Origin: Antedon mediterranea
Lineage: Eukaryota; Animalia; Echinodermata
Length of the DNA: 64,000 bases
Assembly: GCF_964355755.1 (NCBI RefSeq)
Contig: NC_092671.1
Coordinates: 6,634,001-6,698,000, forward strand
Direction of reading: 5' to 3'
Shown: piece after piece, positions 11,258 to 24,192 of the stretch
Position numbering within the stretch: the first letter of the stretch is position 1
How the letters are laid out: every line of letters starts with the position of its first letter
Notes under the pieces: model-generated
The model's input: only the letters and a program-made list of their open reading frames with translations
Databases searched by the model: none
Told to the model about the DNA's origin: nothing
Position numbers and translations under genes: made by a program

Positions 11258-14200
11258 CTGAAAAGAAATTAGAATAATAACGTTATTTATTGCCAGTGAA
11301 TAGTTCTTGTTGTCGTCTCTAATTCCTTTCTCAGAAAACAGTTACGGTACTAAAAAACGTTATGCTAGCCTATAACAGCTTTCAAACCATTGATAGGATT
11401 TAATCTTGTGGGTAGGAAGAATACTTGGATCACTTACCTGCCATTTAAACAATACTAGAAACGTAATATGGTAAAAACCTTTAGATTCAGTACCTGTGTT
11501 TTAATATCCCATTACCATAAATTCCCATTTGAATTTTGTTTAAACAAAATTGTTTTGTTTTAATATACAATTTTCCTTGTTTAGTATAACCTGCCTATAT
11601 GTCTTAGTTAGGTAAGAAATAGCACATTTTCCCTTTCATACCGTAACAGTGGACCATTGCTCTGGTATCGGTGGTCGTAACCGACTGTATGCCACTAATG
11701 TTTTCATTTTTTCCATCGACGGGTGGCCGGATACCTTATCTCCAAACGGTAGCTGATATTCATGGGCATCTAATTGTAAAAATAATATAAAATATGAGAA
11801 ATAGTCAAAACGGATTTATCAAAAGTGAAGAGCCTATTTAATTTACATTTTGATCGTATATGGGATATTTATCTAACTCTTTTCTGATCATATCGTCTTT
11901 ACCACCGTTTCATAATATTGCAGCGTTATCGCTGAGAGGTGGTTTCTCTCTTTCTGTTACAATTACAAACGGTTACATCAGTCTAGTTTCTCAACCTTCT
12001 GATGCTTGTTGACTGCTATATCTACATAGTTAAATGCTACATTAGTCAATCTTATTTAATATTCATGAAACTTACATCCAATGACGTCACATCTCATCGC
12101 CATCTCCCACAAGATCAAAGCCATTGAGTATGCGTCCATTTGTTTGAAAGCTTCGATATCTCGCAGGTTAACCTTACACTCAAGTGCTTCTGGTGCCATG
12201 TACCTTGGGGTACCAACCTAGAAATAATGGGTACTAATTAATATAGGCCTAATGATGTTTTTTTAACCTTTTACATAAAAAAAAAAGTAAGTTTTTGTTT
12301 TGCAGCGTAACCTTAACGGTGAAGTAAAGAATGACCTACTGAACAGCTGCTTCCTAACGATAGTGGAAAAGTGTTACCAAAGAGTTTTTATTAACTCCTC
12401 ATTGGTGTTACCAACGTTTTCTCTATTATTATAAATCGTTGGTATAATAAAAGCGAACGCGACCTTTGGGCGTGTGCGCTTTCCGTCTCTACGCTTTTCC
12501 GACTGGGTGCATACGCGCGCGTGTATTATGCGCTATGTTGTCAAGACAAGCGTTCTTTGGAAACGTAAACAAAACCTTTATAATATTTCTCTATTAACTG
12601 AAGTAAGATCAAGAGCACTTAACAATTATTTTAAAAGATCGAGTATTCACTATTTATCATTTTTAGTAAATTCCTTAGAAGCAAGTTTAACTAGGTGCAT
12701 TCATCTATTCATTTGTTTATTTCGTATAATAGTATAATAATATAATAATATTATCTACTGTCTGTTTTCAGAAACTTGGGATGGCTCATCCTGTACCTAT
12801 ATTATCACTAGTAAAATCATAATATATAATTTATTTAAATTATAAAACCCCAATTTATGTTTAATTGTTTAACAAACTCGCTGTGAAGCACCCATCATAA
12901 AACGTATAATCATTTGTGAGGCATATAATATAAATGTGGAAAATATGAAACCTTAGTTTATACTGTACCTGGCCATTGTTAGCCATCTCATCGGTAGAGG
13001 ACGTAGGATCGAGTCGAACCGCAAGACCAAAATCTGCTATAGCACATGACCCGTCAGGTTTTACCAGTATATTTGAACTTTTCAAGTCTCTATGAGCAAT
13101 TGGTACTTTCCGCAAACCATTAGGAGAATAATCAGAATGTAGATGAGCAATGCCACGACAGAGCGTCAGACCCATCAAGCAAAATTGTTCCCAATCTAAT
13201 GTGTTAACTTTAATATAGTTCATCAAAGAGCCATTTTCATAAAAAGTTGTAACTATCCACAAATTCCGTTGATAAGCCTGACGTCTTTCTTCAGCAGATA
13301 TAAACCTTACAATGTTTTCATGTGCAAGAGAAACTGACGCGTCTGTGAAGAGGTCTTTCTCAACATTCCATGACGTTGAATCGTAAGAGTGAAACACCTT
13401 GACGGCAACGTCTTTGATCTGATCCCGTTGTTTCCATTCTGCTTTCCATACGGCACCATAGCGCCCTCTTCCAATTATATAGTCTAACGTTATCCTCATA
13501 TTTTGATTATAATCATGAATCGGACTCTCTGGTGGTGTGTCGGCTCCAATAATCTTCTGATCACTTCCTTCCGATGTTATATCAACACTTGTGCTTTCTG
13601 CGTTGCTTGATGGTCTTCCATGTTTATAATCTTCCATAAGACGGCGACGTTGTTGAGCAATTTTTATGCCGAAAAGTGCCAGAATGATCAATATGGTTAA
13701 ACTACCCATTACGATTCCACCAATAACGTAACCGCTTATGTTTTGTCCCACTTTTTGATTAGATATTTTGAGAGTACTGATGGTAGTAGAGTCTAAGAAG
13801 AAACAAAAGACACAATTAGTGACGTCAACATAAAATCTAACAAACGAACATTTTTTTAAGTAAGGCTCGAGATTCTACGATTTCTCCAACCATGCTTAAT
13901 AAGATACAATTCACGACAATGTTCAAACCAGTAAGTTAATATTAACAACTCCCTGTTCAAACGAATTTTTGTTAAACATGCCATGGTAATGTCACAGTTA
14001 TGGATCGAAAATATTAGTTACCTGATAAAACTGTAATTTAATTACAAATAGTCAACCGGAACTCATTGTCTGGATTTCAATGGGTTTCTGGTTAAATTTA
14101 CTGTTTATTTGTCGTTTTATAATTAGTGAAACCATTATTGTTGTTAAATGTTTGGGCGTTGAAACCTAATAACTATTTAAAAACTAGAAAATGGCACATT

Positions 14201-17200
14201 ATATATTCAAAGTCTGATTTTATTTTTCATGTTTTGAGGGACAATCATATGGAAATAAGAAAGAAACAAACTAACCTGAAGAATTTGTACTGTTTTTGTC
14301 CGGTGGAGGTAGTTGGGGTTTTGGTGAAGGTTTGTACCCCTCTGGATAAACTATAAAGTTTGACGTACAATTTGAAACAGCACATTGGCAAATGAAGTCC
14401 CCGTAGTCATGATCAATGAACTCGGAGCACTCGGTATTTCCAGTGTAAATCTCATCTTTGTTATCTATTGGAAAACATCCAGCAAAATTAGAGCTTTCTA
14501 TAACAGTTCCATTATCATGGAATCCCGATACCAGCGTACACTCACTGTCCGCATCGCATTCTGTTAACGGACAATTTGTCAGGTGACATTGCATAATCCC
14601 ATCTTGAATAGTATTACATTGGATGGTACCTGTACCAGCGCATTCCGGGCACCAAATCCTATCGCTGACTTCGATTAGGCTAACTAAAAAAGGAAAACAA
14701 GAAAAATATTTTAAGCATCAGTATGGGTTGATAGCAAAGTAAATGGAATAGATTCTAAGTTGGTTGGCTCAATTGGTTGGCTCATAGTGGAGCTGTAGCT
14801 TAATGAGATTTAGTTTATAAGTTACTCGCTGTTGGATGCGTTTGAAAAAAATATCGATTGAAAATATAGAAATGTTGAGAGTACTGATGGTAGTAGTGTC
14901 TAAGAAAAAACAAAAGAAACAATTAGTGACGTCACCATAAAATCTAACAAACGGAATTTTTTTTTAAGCAAGGCTCGAGATTCTAAATATTTCTTCTCCA
15001 ACCATGCTTAATAAGATACAATTCACGACAATGTTCAAACCAGTAAGTTGTTAATATTAACAACTCCCTGTTCAAACAAATAAACATTTTTGGTAAAATA
15101 CTTAAACAATTTTGGTTGAATATGCCATGATAATGGCATAGTTATGAATTGAAAATATTAGTTACCTGATAAAACTGTAATTTAATTAAACAAATAGTCA
15201 ACCGGAACTCATTGTCTGGATTTCAATGGGTTTCTGGTTAAAAACTTAAATTTACTGTTTATTTGTCGTTTTATAAGGGAAACCATTATTTTTGTTAATT
15301 GTTAGGGCGTTGAAAGCTAATAACTATATAAAAACTAGAAAATGGCACATTATATATTCAAAGTCTGATTTTATTTTTCATGTTTTGAGGGACAATCATA
15401 TGGAAATAAGAAAGAAACAAACTAACCTGAAGAATTTGTACTGTCTTTGTCCGGTGGAGGTAGTTGGGGTTTTGGTGGTGGTTTGTACCCCTCTGGATAT
15501 ACTATAAAGTTTGACGTACAATTTGAAACAGCACATTGGCAACTGAAGTCCCCGTAGTCATGATCAATGGACTCGGAGCACTCGGTTACAGCGTAAATCT
15601 CATCATTTTTATCTACTGGAAAACATCCAGCATAATGAGAGCTTTCTATAACAGTTCCATTATCATGGAATCCCGATAACAGCGTACACTCACTGTCCGC
15701 ATCGCATTCTGTTAACGGACAATTTGTCAGGTGACATTGCATAATCCCATCTTCAATAGTATTACATTGGATGGTACCTGTACTAGTGCATTCCGGGCAC
15801 CAAATACTATTGCTGACTTCGAATAGGCAAACTAAAAAAGGAAAACAAGAAAGAAAATACTTTAAGCATCAGTATGGGTTGAGAGCAAAGTAAATGGAAT
15901 AGATTCTAAGTTGGTTGGCTCAATTAGTTGTCTCATATTGGAGCTGTAGCTTAGTGGTTAGCATAGTGGAGCTGCAGCTTGGTGGTTAGCATGCTTGCCT
16001 TCCAATCCTAAGGTCCGGGGTTCAATCCTGACCTAGTGCCAGGGTTGTAACTCACGACTCTTTCAACTTCATTCCCAAAGCCTCTCAAATGAGACTTATA
16101 ATTTATTCGCTGTTGGATGTGAAAAAAGAATACAGCATTTTATCGTGTCATCTCATTTGAAAGAGATGTAGCATGGACTTGAAGCATTTCCACGGTTCAC
16201 TAGACTAGAAAAAGAGATGAGATTGTTTCTCAACGGTAGTCTCACATTCTCATCCGATTCCAACACTCACTGGATAAATCAAATGAAGATTAAACAAATT
16301 ACTTACACAATTTAACGTGTAATATTTCATTGAACTCATTTGTTATAATTGGCCAGTTACTGTACTAGTTACTGTAGGCCTACAGTACTAGCATTTTACT
16401 CAACACTCCCCTCTTTTTTTTTTCTTTAACGAATTCTAAGGTTTGTTTGACCTCGGTTTGTTTTAGGAAAGTTTGAGAAATATATCTCAAGCTCTTTCTA
16501 CATACACTATCAAAATAGTTTGACAAAAAAGTATGAAGTGCCCAAATATGGTAGTGATATTTCCAAAAATAGTAGGAATATGACATCATCTTTTTTTTGT
16601 CACATAAACTTTGATAGTGTAGATAAGGCTTTAAGATCATCAGTTTATTTTCATTAGTACAATATAGCCTGTATTGTTATCACAATCATTCATAATGAAC
16701 ATCAAAACTTTCAGTTTCCAAGGTTAAAATGGCGGGGCGGAAATTTCAAATGTCATGGTCAAATGATCAATTGGCAAGTATTGGGATTTTATTGGAGGCC
16801 TACATTGAACGACAGACGACGCTTTCCGCATCAGTTCCTGTACAATTTAACATTAGTTATCTCTTAAACTCATAATTAATTTGCCAGACTAAAAAATCAA
16901 GAAGACGTGGATTCATAACTTATAAGGGCCTACTCGTAACGGAAAAAGGAAAACTCAAAATGTAGATCATAAATTTTTTGTGAAACGATACGTTGAAAAA
17001 CCCCTCTCAAACTGAGATTCAAACTCCGAACCTTCTAATTTTACAGGGTTAAGACTGGGTTGTAACAGAACTTCGCTAAACAAAGATATAGCACTAGGAG
17101 GCCACTTTAAAAATCATGGATCATAACTTTTTACGTTTAGGCCTACATTATGGCCCATCGTGAAAGGACTGTGTTTATAGATAGGCCCTATCTACAGTTT

Positions 17201-20200
17201 TTTTCGCTTCTTATAAATTTGTTTATGTTGAAATAATTAAGTTATCACTGCTCTAAATGTGTTGGTCCTATCATTTTACCCGTAAATGAAGAAAAGTTCA
17301 AATGTCATATATAATATAGTACAACTATCAATAATAATAATCATTTGTTGGGCACAGTGTCGCTTCTAATTCGATTATGTGTATATGTTCATTCTTTCCA
17401 AAATGTAGTAGAGTCACTGTTTTCCTTTTTTTGTCACTCCACGTAATTAGAGTATAATTTAGAGTATTAAATATATTATACAGAGGTACCGGTACAGTAT
17501 TACATTATTTTCAATTTTGCTTAATGCCAATGCGTGTAACGTTGTAATTTGACACATTACCTGTTGGCCGATACAATTCCCCCTCTGACCCCGTAATTGT
17601 AACTCAAGTTTATGTTTATACAATGTATGACTCATGTGAAGAATTTCGTTATACAGTAGTATAGATTTACACTAAAATTGTAAAAAAGGAAAATATTAAA
17701 TCGTAATAAGGTACATAACAAAACATCATAGACAATAAAAGGAACGGACATCTAAAAAAACCAGGACTCATGACGATATCCGAATTACCGTTTCTGAACA
17801 TTTAGATAGAAATACAAACACAAAATTGCCATTATAGGCCTATTGAAATAATTTTGTTTTAAAAATTGCCTTGGGGGGTTTTACAAAAATAGAAAATGGC
17901 GCTATGATAACGACTATGACATCAAGGATAAAGTTGAAAGATGAATTTTTAATAGACATTGAATTGATTAATTATTTGTTTATACTTTCACAGGGCCGCC
18001 ATCATGCACGTAAACAATGGTAGGGGTAAATTCTCATATTTCAGTTTTTCAGCACGCCTGGAAAACAAGCATGTGTAGGCGTCGAGTGGAGAGAAATAAA
18101 CATTGAAAAAGATCTTATTTCACACAGTTTTACTGTTCGGTATAATCTAATTTAGTTCGAGTGTAGTTGAGTCGAGTACTTGCATGGATTGTATACCTCG
18201 CCTATTGTAAAGTCATCAGCAGAAAATGCGGGAGAAAACGCAATGTCTATCAGACAATATTCGTAAAGTTAAGCCAGGTTGAGTGTAGATCAAGACAATG
18301 GATAACCGTATAATATTAAATAGGTAGTAGGCCTATTCGTAAAAGTTAATCCCAAAGTTACAGTTTTGTATTCTTTGAATCGTTTCTACAAACCGTGTAA
18401 ATTCTTTTATTATACAATTGTGGTTTATTTCATTTCATTTCATTTATTTATTTGACCAACAAAACATAATATACAATGTACAAAGATGAATTGGTCAGGG
18501 ACTGCTAAAGTAATACGATTACTGTAACTACAAGAGTCAGCAGTCCCATATCAAGATTTGCGGATAGTTCTTGTCACCTATAACTAGTACAATCATCTGA
18601 CTAATTATTGATAGAATGTGTGAGTTCAAGAGTTTAGAATGGATTTTAAAAATGTGTATACTTATATATCTCTATTTACCATAACAGGTTTAACTTTCAC
18701 AGTTTTGGATCTCTCTATTAAAATTTTAAGATTAAATTTGGTTAATTCAAAGAAAAAATAATGGAAATGATTGAAATGTTATAATAATCCCATTGCATCG
18801 TGCATGTCAAACAATTATTGTATATTGTATTGTTTTGATATTGATTTGGCTGCTTCTTCTTCTGTCCATTTTAGAGGCTTTATTAATACGAATAAAAAAA
18901 ATTCATCAACCTACAGAACAAACTAAGCACAGATGCAGTGATACTTATGCAAGTTAAAACAAGAAATGGCCGCGTTGCACAATTGGGTAGTGTTTTTTCC
19001 CAAGCAAGTTCACGCAACCAAACAATAAAACAGCTGATAATTCAAATTGACCACGCATGGGGTTTGCAAGAATGTCACGTTATTCGGCAAAACTTGCTGC
19101 ACTCCATCCGATTCTACCTGTATCAATGTATGGTTACGGATGACATTTTCTATAATATACAGTAGTCACAATTTAGCGTACATCTGACAGAGTACATAGT
19201 TTGGCGATGCAACACTCTTTTTTTGCAAAAGCTTTTTTTTATAGATATTGAAACACATTGTATTACATATTCCGTAAAATAAATAACATGAGTGCTTTGT
19301 AATAAAGTATTAAATTAAATTTAACATTGTCTTTCTTGTGTCGTCGTCATAGCTTTTATCATATCATACCACCTAACGTAAGTGAAATACTGTATAATGT
19401 ATATGCGAACATTGATAAATAATCCAAAGAGTATTGAAACATTTCATTGGTAATTGAGGACAAATATAAATACCTTTACCTTTACCTTTACCTTTACCTT
19501 TTCTCGTAGTGATATAATTACTAACAAGTAATTCCTTCTCAATTTATATTGTTTGCAATTAAGCTGTTAAAGTGTTAAAAGGTCATGAACTAAACAAAAT
19601 TGGGCTAAAAGCCATATGTTGATTTTTCTCCATTAACTCAAGTTCATTAGTGCAGTTAACATATCATTATCATGTGGAGTTGAAAGAAACAAATTAGATT
19701 ATTTCGGTTGCACGAACCTGCTGCTCGAATAACAAACTGGACTGGTTTTGCCCCAGTGACTAAACCAGTGACCTCGATTCTCTCTAGGCGTCATCTTTGA
19801 CACTGAAGCTAAATAGGATTGGTGACATTGTAATACATTCATTTGAATTTAATAACTGAATTATATACAAACAAATATTTAAACATATTCTATATTGATA
19901 TAATTCGCATATTGGTTTTTATTTGTTTTATTTACGGAAGGAAAAATGATCTTTCTAGTTTTTATACAAATGCAAAATAGGCCTATTGTGTGAATTGTAG
20001 CAAGTGCAATCTTACACTTTATACATAGATAATTGCCTTTCTGTCACTAAATATGCCAAGCAATATGTCCCAAGGGAATGTACCCATTTATTATAAAGGT
20101 TTCCTAAAATCATAACTAAAGATCAATTCTAATTTCAAACTCGGTTTTATGTAGGCCATCTAGGACCTGTATTTTATTGCTGCAATGCATATGCTGCAAA

Positions 20201-23200
20201 ATGGCAAGGATGGTATAAATAGGCTACAACTTAAAACATTTCAAGTTCAATATAGGCCTAACATTTGCCAGATATAAGCCTAGTATATTAATTATAACCT
20301 CTCTGGGACTGGAATTCAGCTCCGCAACTCATAAAATGGAAATCAGGTCAAGAGATTTAGCAACTCTATTCATTATTATTTATCTTTTGGATTTAACAAA
20401 ACGTTTAAAGTTTCAAAGGTAGCAGAACAATTTTAACAATAGGTCTACCTTTATAACGAATACAACTTTCAGTGGTTATGTGCTATTCAGTGCTAGCGCG
20501 GGTGGGAATTAAGCGGTAGAGAGTTGAGGATTCAACAATGTCAAGTCATATGACATGTAGGTTACGTACGTTCTATCTGCAGAAAATATAGCGTAAATAT
20601 GTGTATTATTACATTTTATAGCGATGCCCAATGTAAGCAAGTATACCTCTTTGTCTCTAAATAGAACCTAATTGACATATATATATATATATATATATTC
20701 ATGTATTAAAAGTTGTTAATACACCGAGACACATTTTAGCTGACTTTCAGTTAGAATATATTTCATGACAGCTGCAGAATCGAGTGACTAAAAACCCTAG
20801 TGCCACTGCTGCTAGTCAACCACGGTTTATTGTACAACGAAACATCACAGAGAAAAGTACAAACAATTACCTTTCTGGCCTATGAGGAAGTAGCGCTTAC
20901 AATACAATTTTATATAAGGTAATATTGTATTACCTTAATATAACATTGTAAGTGCTGCTTCGAAAATCTATTTCTACGTCAGCAACGGAAATGTTTCTCA
21001 TTCCAACTTGGAACGATTGCATTGTTTCTAATTCTTGTCTCTTCGTGCGACAACTTGTGTGACCGATAGGAACAATTTTTTTTATTAGTGACAATTGATT
21101 TCCTACTGTTGGCAAAAGGCCATGTGAACGGGTGATGAGAACATTCTAAATCCGTAAACAAGCTGTAAACTATATACACAAGGCCATCATCAACGAAAAC
21201 AAATTTATAATACAGATTATATTAAAGCTCAGGTGCAGGCATGAGTTTTAAATATAATATCTGGTTAGTTGTACATAAATCAAATATTTGTAATAGAAAT
21301 CAACACTTAAAATGGTCAAATACAAAATTTGGCAAAATTCTGCTATAAAAACCAGAACTACCTTTTTTCAGTAGTTAGGTATTTTAACCTAATTAATGTA
21401 ATAACATGTAGGCCTGTCTGGTGAACCCTAGAATGTGAAAAAGAGGTGGATATATGGTCTCTAAGCCGCTCTATTTACAACATTTGTGTACAAAAGAATA
21501 GAGATATTACTGTATAATTTGAACTATCCCCTCCCCCCTCCTCCACACTGATAAAAAAGTGCTTGTTTTCAACAAGATGGTGTAACACAAATAAAATCGA
21601 TGAAACATAGGGAAACTATAGATCGATAATTATTTGAATGTATGATCAATAGAAATGTTTTGCCCGCACCTGACCTCTAAAGCTAAACAATTACTATGGA
21701 GTCATATAAAAATAAGCTCAGCTAATTACTAATTAGGCCTAAACATAGTATTTCAACTAATGTCGTGTCTAACCGGTGGTATAACAAGACTACTATGGAC
21801 TATAGTATTCTTCTTAAACTTTTTAATTCGATGGTTTCTGCTTGGAATTTGAAACGCATTAGAAAGTTCAATGTTTTAGTAAATTCATTGTTACAACAAA
21901 AGATCCTATGTTTTATCATAGGCTTCGTTGCTCATGGTAGGAAATGTCGACAAAAATACGAGTACAGAGGCCTAGTTCTGATTTCAATTCCAGCCATCAT
22001 GTAATCAGAATTACTTTAAACGATGCCAAGAGACGACACTTAATTCAATAAAATACGAGACATCAAAACAAATATTAATTCAAAACTTTAGTCACATGAT
22101 TGTCATGGGGACAATTTTGGGACAATGAAATTCTCCGAGCTCTTTGTGATAATCTAAGCCAATATATACAATATCGAGGGAATTGTCTGTTGCTTTAAGT
22201 GTAATTAAAGCAAGAGAGGCGGATTTTTGTTTCTCTCTATCTGATAATAATCAAATAATACTGTATTTCATTTAACATGTTAAGTACATTTCTGAGTTTA
22301 TAACTAATTTTATTTATCTTGGGTACATAAAGAGGACTGGATTCCCTTCTTTTCATTGGAGCCCCGCCTATGAGCATAGGCCTACATTCCACCTGTTTCG
22401 TACGTATGAGAGCTTATTGCAAACTCCAATCTTAAATTCCATTTGCTGCTCTTTTACAATAAATATTTCTAAAAACAAAAACTATTTCCGTGTAGAACCA
22501 CAGCAGTATTTTATATCCTATGTTTATGTAATGTTATTCGACCTTTTTGAGTAATTTGTTTGAGGCCTATGGGGAAATAAGGAATTACATATTTAGATCA
22601 TGTCCAATATGAGTTGGCACAGAACAGTATACTATTTCACGTCAAAATCTATACTTGTAAATCTTGTCAATATATATATATTGCGCACACTACCTGGGAT
22701 GTAGATGCAGTTTCTTTAATGGTCCTTCAAAAATTTTTTCCCTGATTTTTTTTTTGTTTTTACGTGCGCGTGTGAGGCTCTTTATCTACCTACGTAATTC
22801 AACCCCGAGAGATGAGCATCATTCTACGCAGTCGCGTGCTCAAGTTAGTGTTTACCGACCGACCGACATAGTGAGCTGTAGAGTCGCTAGACTAAAAATA
22901 AAGTATAGCTTATGCTGATTTTCACGGCAGTAGGCCGCACATAAATTACCAGGAGAAAATAATAGATATTAGTCCAAATCAAATCACTCTTACACCAACA
23001 AAATACACACGACATTTCTGTGAATCTTAGGGCCTATATCTCAACATTGTTAAAACTTTTTAGTGTGAAATCCATATTTAAAAGATAGGCCATACACTAT
23101 ATTATTTCCGTATAATTTCGTAACTCTATCAAAATATAGAGTTGCGAAATATTGCTCTCTGTAGAGTGATGAATATAAATTTAATCCGTTAAGTGAATAA

Positions 23201-24192
23201 AACAATTGCCGTTTTGCTACATCAGTTAAATTAAGCGGAAAGGTCATGCTAATAATGGAAGTAAATAATATATGAATTGCTTCCCCGAAATAAAAAAAAG
23301 GAATTTATTTCAATCATGTCAAGGTGACAAAATAAATTCACAAAGCTTAGAAGTTCAGAAAACAAATCCTGATAGTACACAAGTATGTAACAATTTCAGT
23401 AAATCATTTGATAATGTCATGCCTAACTAAATACATACATACTTTACCACAATTTCTATGAAATGGGTCGGATGATCAATCATATATGTCGACAGAACCA
23501 TTATTAATTTTACTTCAATGCCTACTCGGGTTACAAAGATGTTAAACGCTTATGGTGTATTTGTTATATTAACCACAGAAATTATTAAAGAATAATGAGG
23601 AATTAGATGTTGGTATCAAGGTGTATGAGTCACGGACTAGAAACAAGTAGCATGTTGGCTTCGTGATACCTTGAAATTTGAATAACAACAATTATGAAAT
23701 ATGAAATTGGAAAGACCAAAGGGAACTTATATTCACAGCAGTTGACCCAACCTTAACATAAGAAATTTGAAACACATAGTAAAACGAACCAATAACATCG
23801 GAATAAGGAACATATTTTTTCCAAGAAAGGGAAGGGCTTTCCGGATATAAATGCAGTAAATTACTAAAATCCAATGAATGAATGGAAAATTTAAATACAT
23901 TTTAGTTTCCCCGTAAAGAATCTCACAGATATAGGCCTAGAGTAATTTTAATTCAAAAGGGAAAATCATGGTAACTTTTTTTCAAATATGTCACAACAAA
24001 CGACGATCACATATTATCATATAGGTGGTATTATAATCGTTTTGAAAATGGATCACTCTTGGTCATTAATATTATAGGCCTATTATATAGTTCGTCAAGT
24101 AAGTAGTAGACCTACGGTAGCCTGAAGATGTCATACTTACCAACAATTATCCCTACAATAAGCAATGTATAAATCCTCTGATGCGAATACAT
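11093..24192 (-). CDS. TGFBR2: TGF-beta receptor type II; complement join(24141..24192,15427..15831,14276..14683,12969..13792,12076..12217,11642..11769,11093..11257); about 571-572 aa with one ectodomain exon, 707 aa with both
   Basis: Signal peptide, 12-Cys three-finger ectodomain ending in Cys-box CQCAVSNC, a TM helix, no GS box, and a Ser/Thr kinase ([36 protein letters not shown]). [35 protein letters not shown] and [18 protein letters not shown] are TGFBR2-type. Confidence 0.9.
11642..11769 (-). CDS. TGFBR2: TGFBR2 kinase exon [42 protein letters not shown]
   Basis: attag| and |gtatga; 128 bp. Confidence 0.9.
12076..12217 (-). CDS. TGFBR2: TGFBR2 kinase exon [47 protein letters not shown]
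   Basis: ttctag| and |gtaagt; 142 bp. Confidence 0.92.
12969..13792 (-). CDS. TGFBR2: TGFBR2 exon: juxtamembrane, TM helix, kinase subdomains I-VII
   Basis: ORF 12861..13751 extended to acceptor cttcttag|; donor CAG|gtacag. Confidence 0.92.
14276..14683 (-). CDS. TGFBR2: TGFBR2 ectodomain exon copy B (408 bp, phase 1-1)
   Basis: Same splice sites as copy A, open frame, 12 Cys (ORF 14271..14594). Confidence 0.85.
15427..15831 (-). CDS. TGFBR2: TGFBR2 ectodomain exon copy A (405 bp, phase 1-1)
   Basis: tttttag| acceptor, G|gttagt donor, open frame with 12 ectodomain Cys and Pro-rich stalk (ORF 15422..15742). Confidence 0.85.
15940..16130 (+). mobile_element. tRNA-Gly(TCC)-derived SINE-like element
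   Basis: A-box-like ggtggttagc, ttgccttccaa anticodon-arm remnant, B-box ggttcaatcc; related copy at about 38912..39000. Confidence 0.6.
16489..16633. mobile_element. MITE family A copy
   Basis: Both TIRs and core. Confidence 0.75.
24141..24192 (-). CDS. TGFBR2: TGFBR2 exon 1: signal peptide [17 protein letters not shown]
   Basis: AAA ATG start, hydrophobic core, G|gtaagt donor, phase 1 matching both ectodomain exons. Confidence 0.75.

Larger units (their letters stand above)
13769..16130. repeat. Intragenic tandem duplication (unit 1 about 13769..14850, unit 2 about 14876..16130) containing the TGFBR2 ectodomain exon
   Basis: Colinear near-identity of exon and flanking intron sequence, e.g. 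tgagagtactgatggtagtag at 13769 and 14876. Confidence 0.95.

Noticed and set aside
14126-15507. Paired + strand ORFs 14126..14356 and 15292..15507
   Set aside because: They are by-products of the tandem duplication, antisense to the TGFBR2 exons, with no recognisable protein features.
15966-16040. Possible tRNA-Gly gene
   Set aside because: Stems are degenerate and the head continues into a body shared with another locus (38912); this is a SINE head, not a tRNA.
18420-18880. Possible LINE 3' fragment in TGFBR2 intron 1
   Set aside because: It has a tail-like (tttca)n and a small inverted repeat, but no convincing reading frame could be recovered by eye.
19473-19500. (CCTTTA)n telomere-like repeat
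   Set aside because: Only about 4 units and not TTAGGG; an ordinary microsatellite.
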